From an uncultured Bifidobacteriaceae bacterium (GTDB lineage: Bacteria > Verrucomicrobiota > Verrucomicrobiia > Limisphaerales > UBA11358), in contig CAYYWB010000002.1 of NCBI GenBank assembly GCA_964475285.1, forward strand, positions 1 through 62,072: a stretch of 62,072 nt of DNA. The letters are read 5' to 3'. How positions within the stretch are numbered: the first letter of the stretch is position 1; each line of letters opens with the position of its first letter. Positions 61,473 through 62,072 of the stretch are shown here, one piece after another. Position numbers and translations under genes: made by a program. The notes under the pieces are model-generated. The model saw only the letters and a list, made by a program, of their open reading frames with translations, had not been told where the DNA came from and made no database searches.

Positions 61473-61514
61473 GGGTTTCACCCCATGTCGCATGCGTTCG
61501 AAATAGCCTAGGCT
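61473..61514 (+). promoter_or_regulatory. bipartite promoter-like motif P18
   Basis: GGGTTTCACCCCATGTCG-N18-TAGGCT, upstream of the GT4 gene. Confidence 0.55.
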
Positions 61515-61535
61515 TGCGCCGACTAATTACATTTC

Positions 61536-62072
61536 ATGCCGCCCGCCTCTGCCATCCGCAAGGTCGCGTTTCTCGGCGATTATCTGCCAAGGAAATGCGG
61601 CATTGCCACGTTCACCACCGATTTGCGCTGCGCGGTGGCCGCCCAGTTTCCGGCGATGCAATGTCTCGTCGTGCCGGTCAATGACATCGCGGGCGGATAC
61701 GATTATCCGGCGGAGGTGCGGTTTGAGATTGCGGAGCAGGATTTGCCGTCGTATCTGCGCGCGGCGGATTTTTTGAACATCACGGACGTGGACGTGGTTT
61801 GCGTGGAGCACGAGTTTGGGATTTACGGCGGGCCGGCGGGCAGCCATCTGCTGGCGCTGCTGCGCGAACTGCAAATGCCGATCGTCAGCACGCTGCACAC
61901 GGTGTTGCGCGAGCCGAATGCGGAGCAACGGCGCGTGATGCGCGAGTTGGTCCGCCTCTCGACCCGCTTGGTGGTGATGAGCGAACGTGGCCGGGAATTT
62001 CTGCGCGACATTTATCACGCGCCGGAGAACAAGATTGATCTCATCCCGCACGGCATTCCCGACATGCCGTTC
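61536..62072 (+). CDS. family 4 glycosyltransferase, N-terminal part (runs off the window end)
   Basis: Open frame from ATG 61536: MPPASAIRKVAFLGDYLPRKCGIATFTTDL...VVCVEHEFGIYGG...IVSTLHTVL, a typical GT4 (GT-B) N-domain. Absent from the ORF track because it has no stop in the window. Confidence 0.7.
   Translation, partial: MPPASAIRKVAFLGDYLPRKCGIATFTTDLRCAVAAQFPAMQCLVVPVNDIAGGYDYPAEVRFEIAEQDLPSYLRAADFLNITDVDVVCVEHEFGIYGGPAGSHLLALLRELQMPIVSTLHTVLREPNAEQRRVMRELVRLSTRLVVMSERGREFLRDIYHAPENKIDLIPHGIPDMPF

Overview
This is a 62-kb high-GC bacterial chromosomal segment; hand counts give about 60% G+C in typical genes. The gene content (WG-repeat protein, BON/OsmY-like, lmo0937-type and DUF883-type stress proteins, many apparently leaderless genes) suggests a PVC-group or Verrucomicrobia-like environmental bacterium, but that is only a guess. 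All family calls were made by eye from sequence motifs, with no database search. Left edge: an ilvE fragment and tRNA-Glu(UUC). From 0.7 to 32.2 kb lies one large lipid/polyketide biosynthetic gene cluster. It combines three parts: (a) aryl-polyene/flexirubin/xanthomonadin-type assembly, anchoring and export genes (MMPL exporter fused to an LpxL-type acyltransferase, LolA-like, FabZ-like, GT2, KS/CLF pair, FabG-like, CrtI-like flavoprotein, two discrete ACPs); (b) an ACP / condensation-like / B12-radical-SAM / flavoprotein / adenylase operon; (c) a reverse-strand phenolic-lipid operon (flavin-dependent halogenase, aromatic hydroxylase, type III PKS, methyltransferase, flavoprotein, adenylase). 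The cluster is interrupted at 13.5-15.5 kb by an AT-richer type II restriction-modification cassette flanked by direct repeats. From 32.2 to 62 kb lies an envelope-stress and signalling island. It holds BON protein, lipoproteins, a lytic transglycosylase, an OM beta-barrel, CpxP/Spy-like, yqjD-yqjE-yqjK-like genes, an MlaA-hydrolase fusion, Wzm/Wzt plus a priming sugar transferase, three HisKA_3 or hybrid kinases, two NarL-type regulators and stand-alone REC proteins. This island is wired by at least 18 copies of a bipartite promoter-like motif, GGGT(A/T)ACACCCCATGGCG-N18-TAnnnT. The motif always points at the next gene, and several start codons sit only 6-8 nt after the hexamer. I recognised no rRNA, CRISPR array, transposase, integrase or prophage genes.
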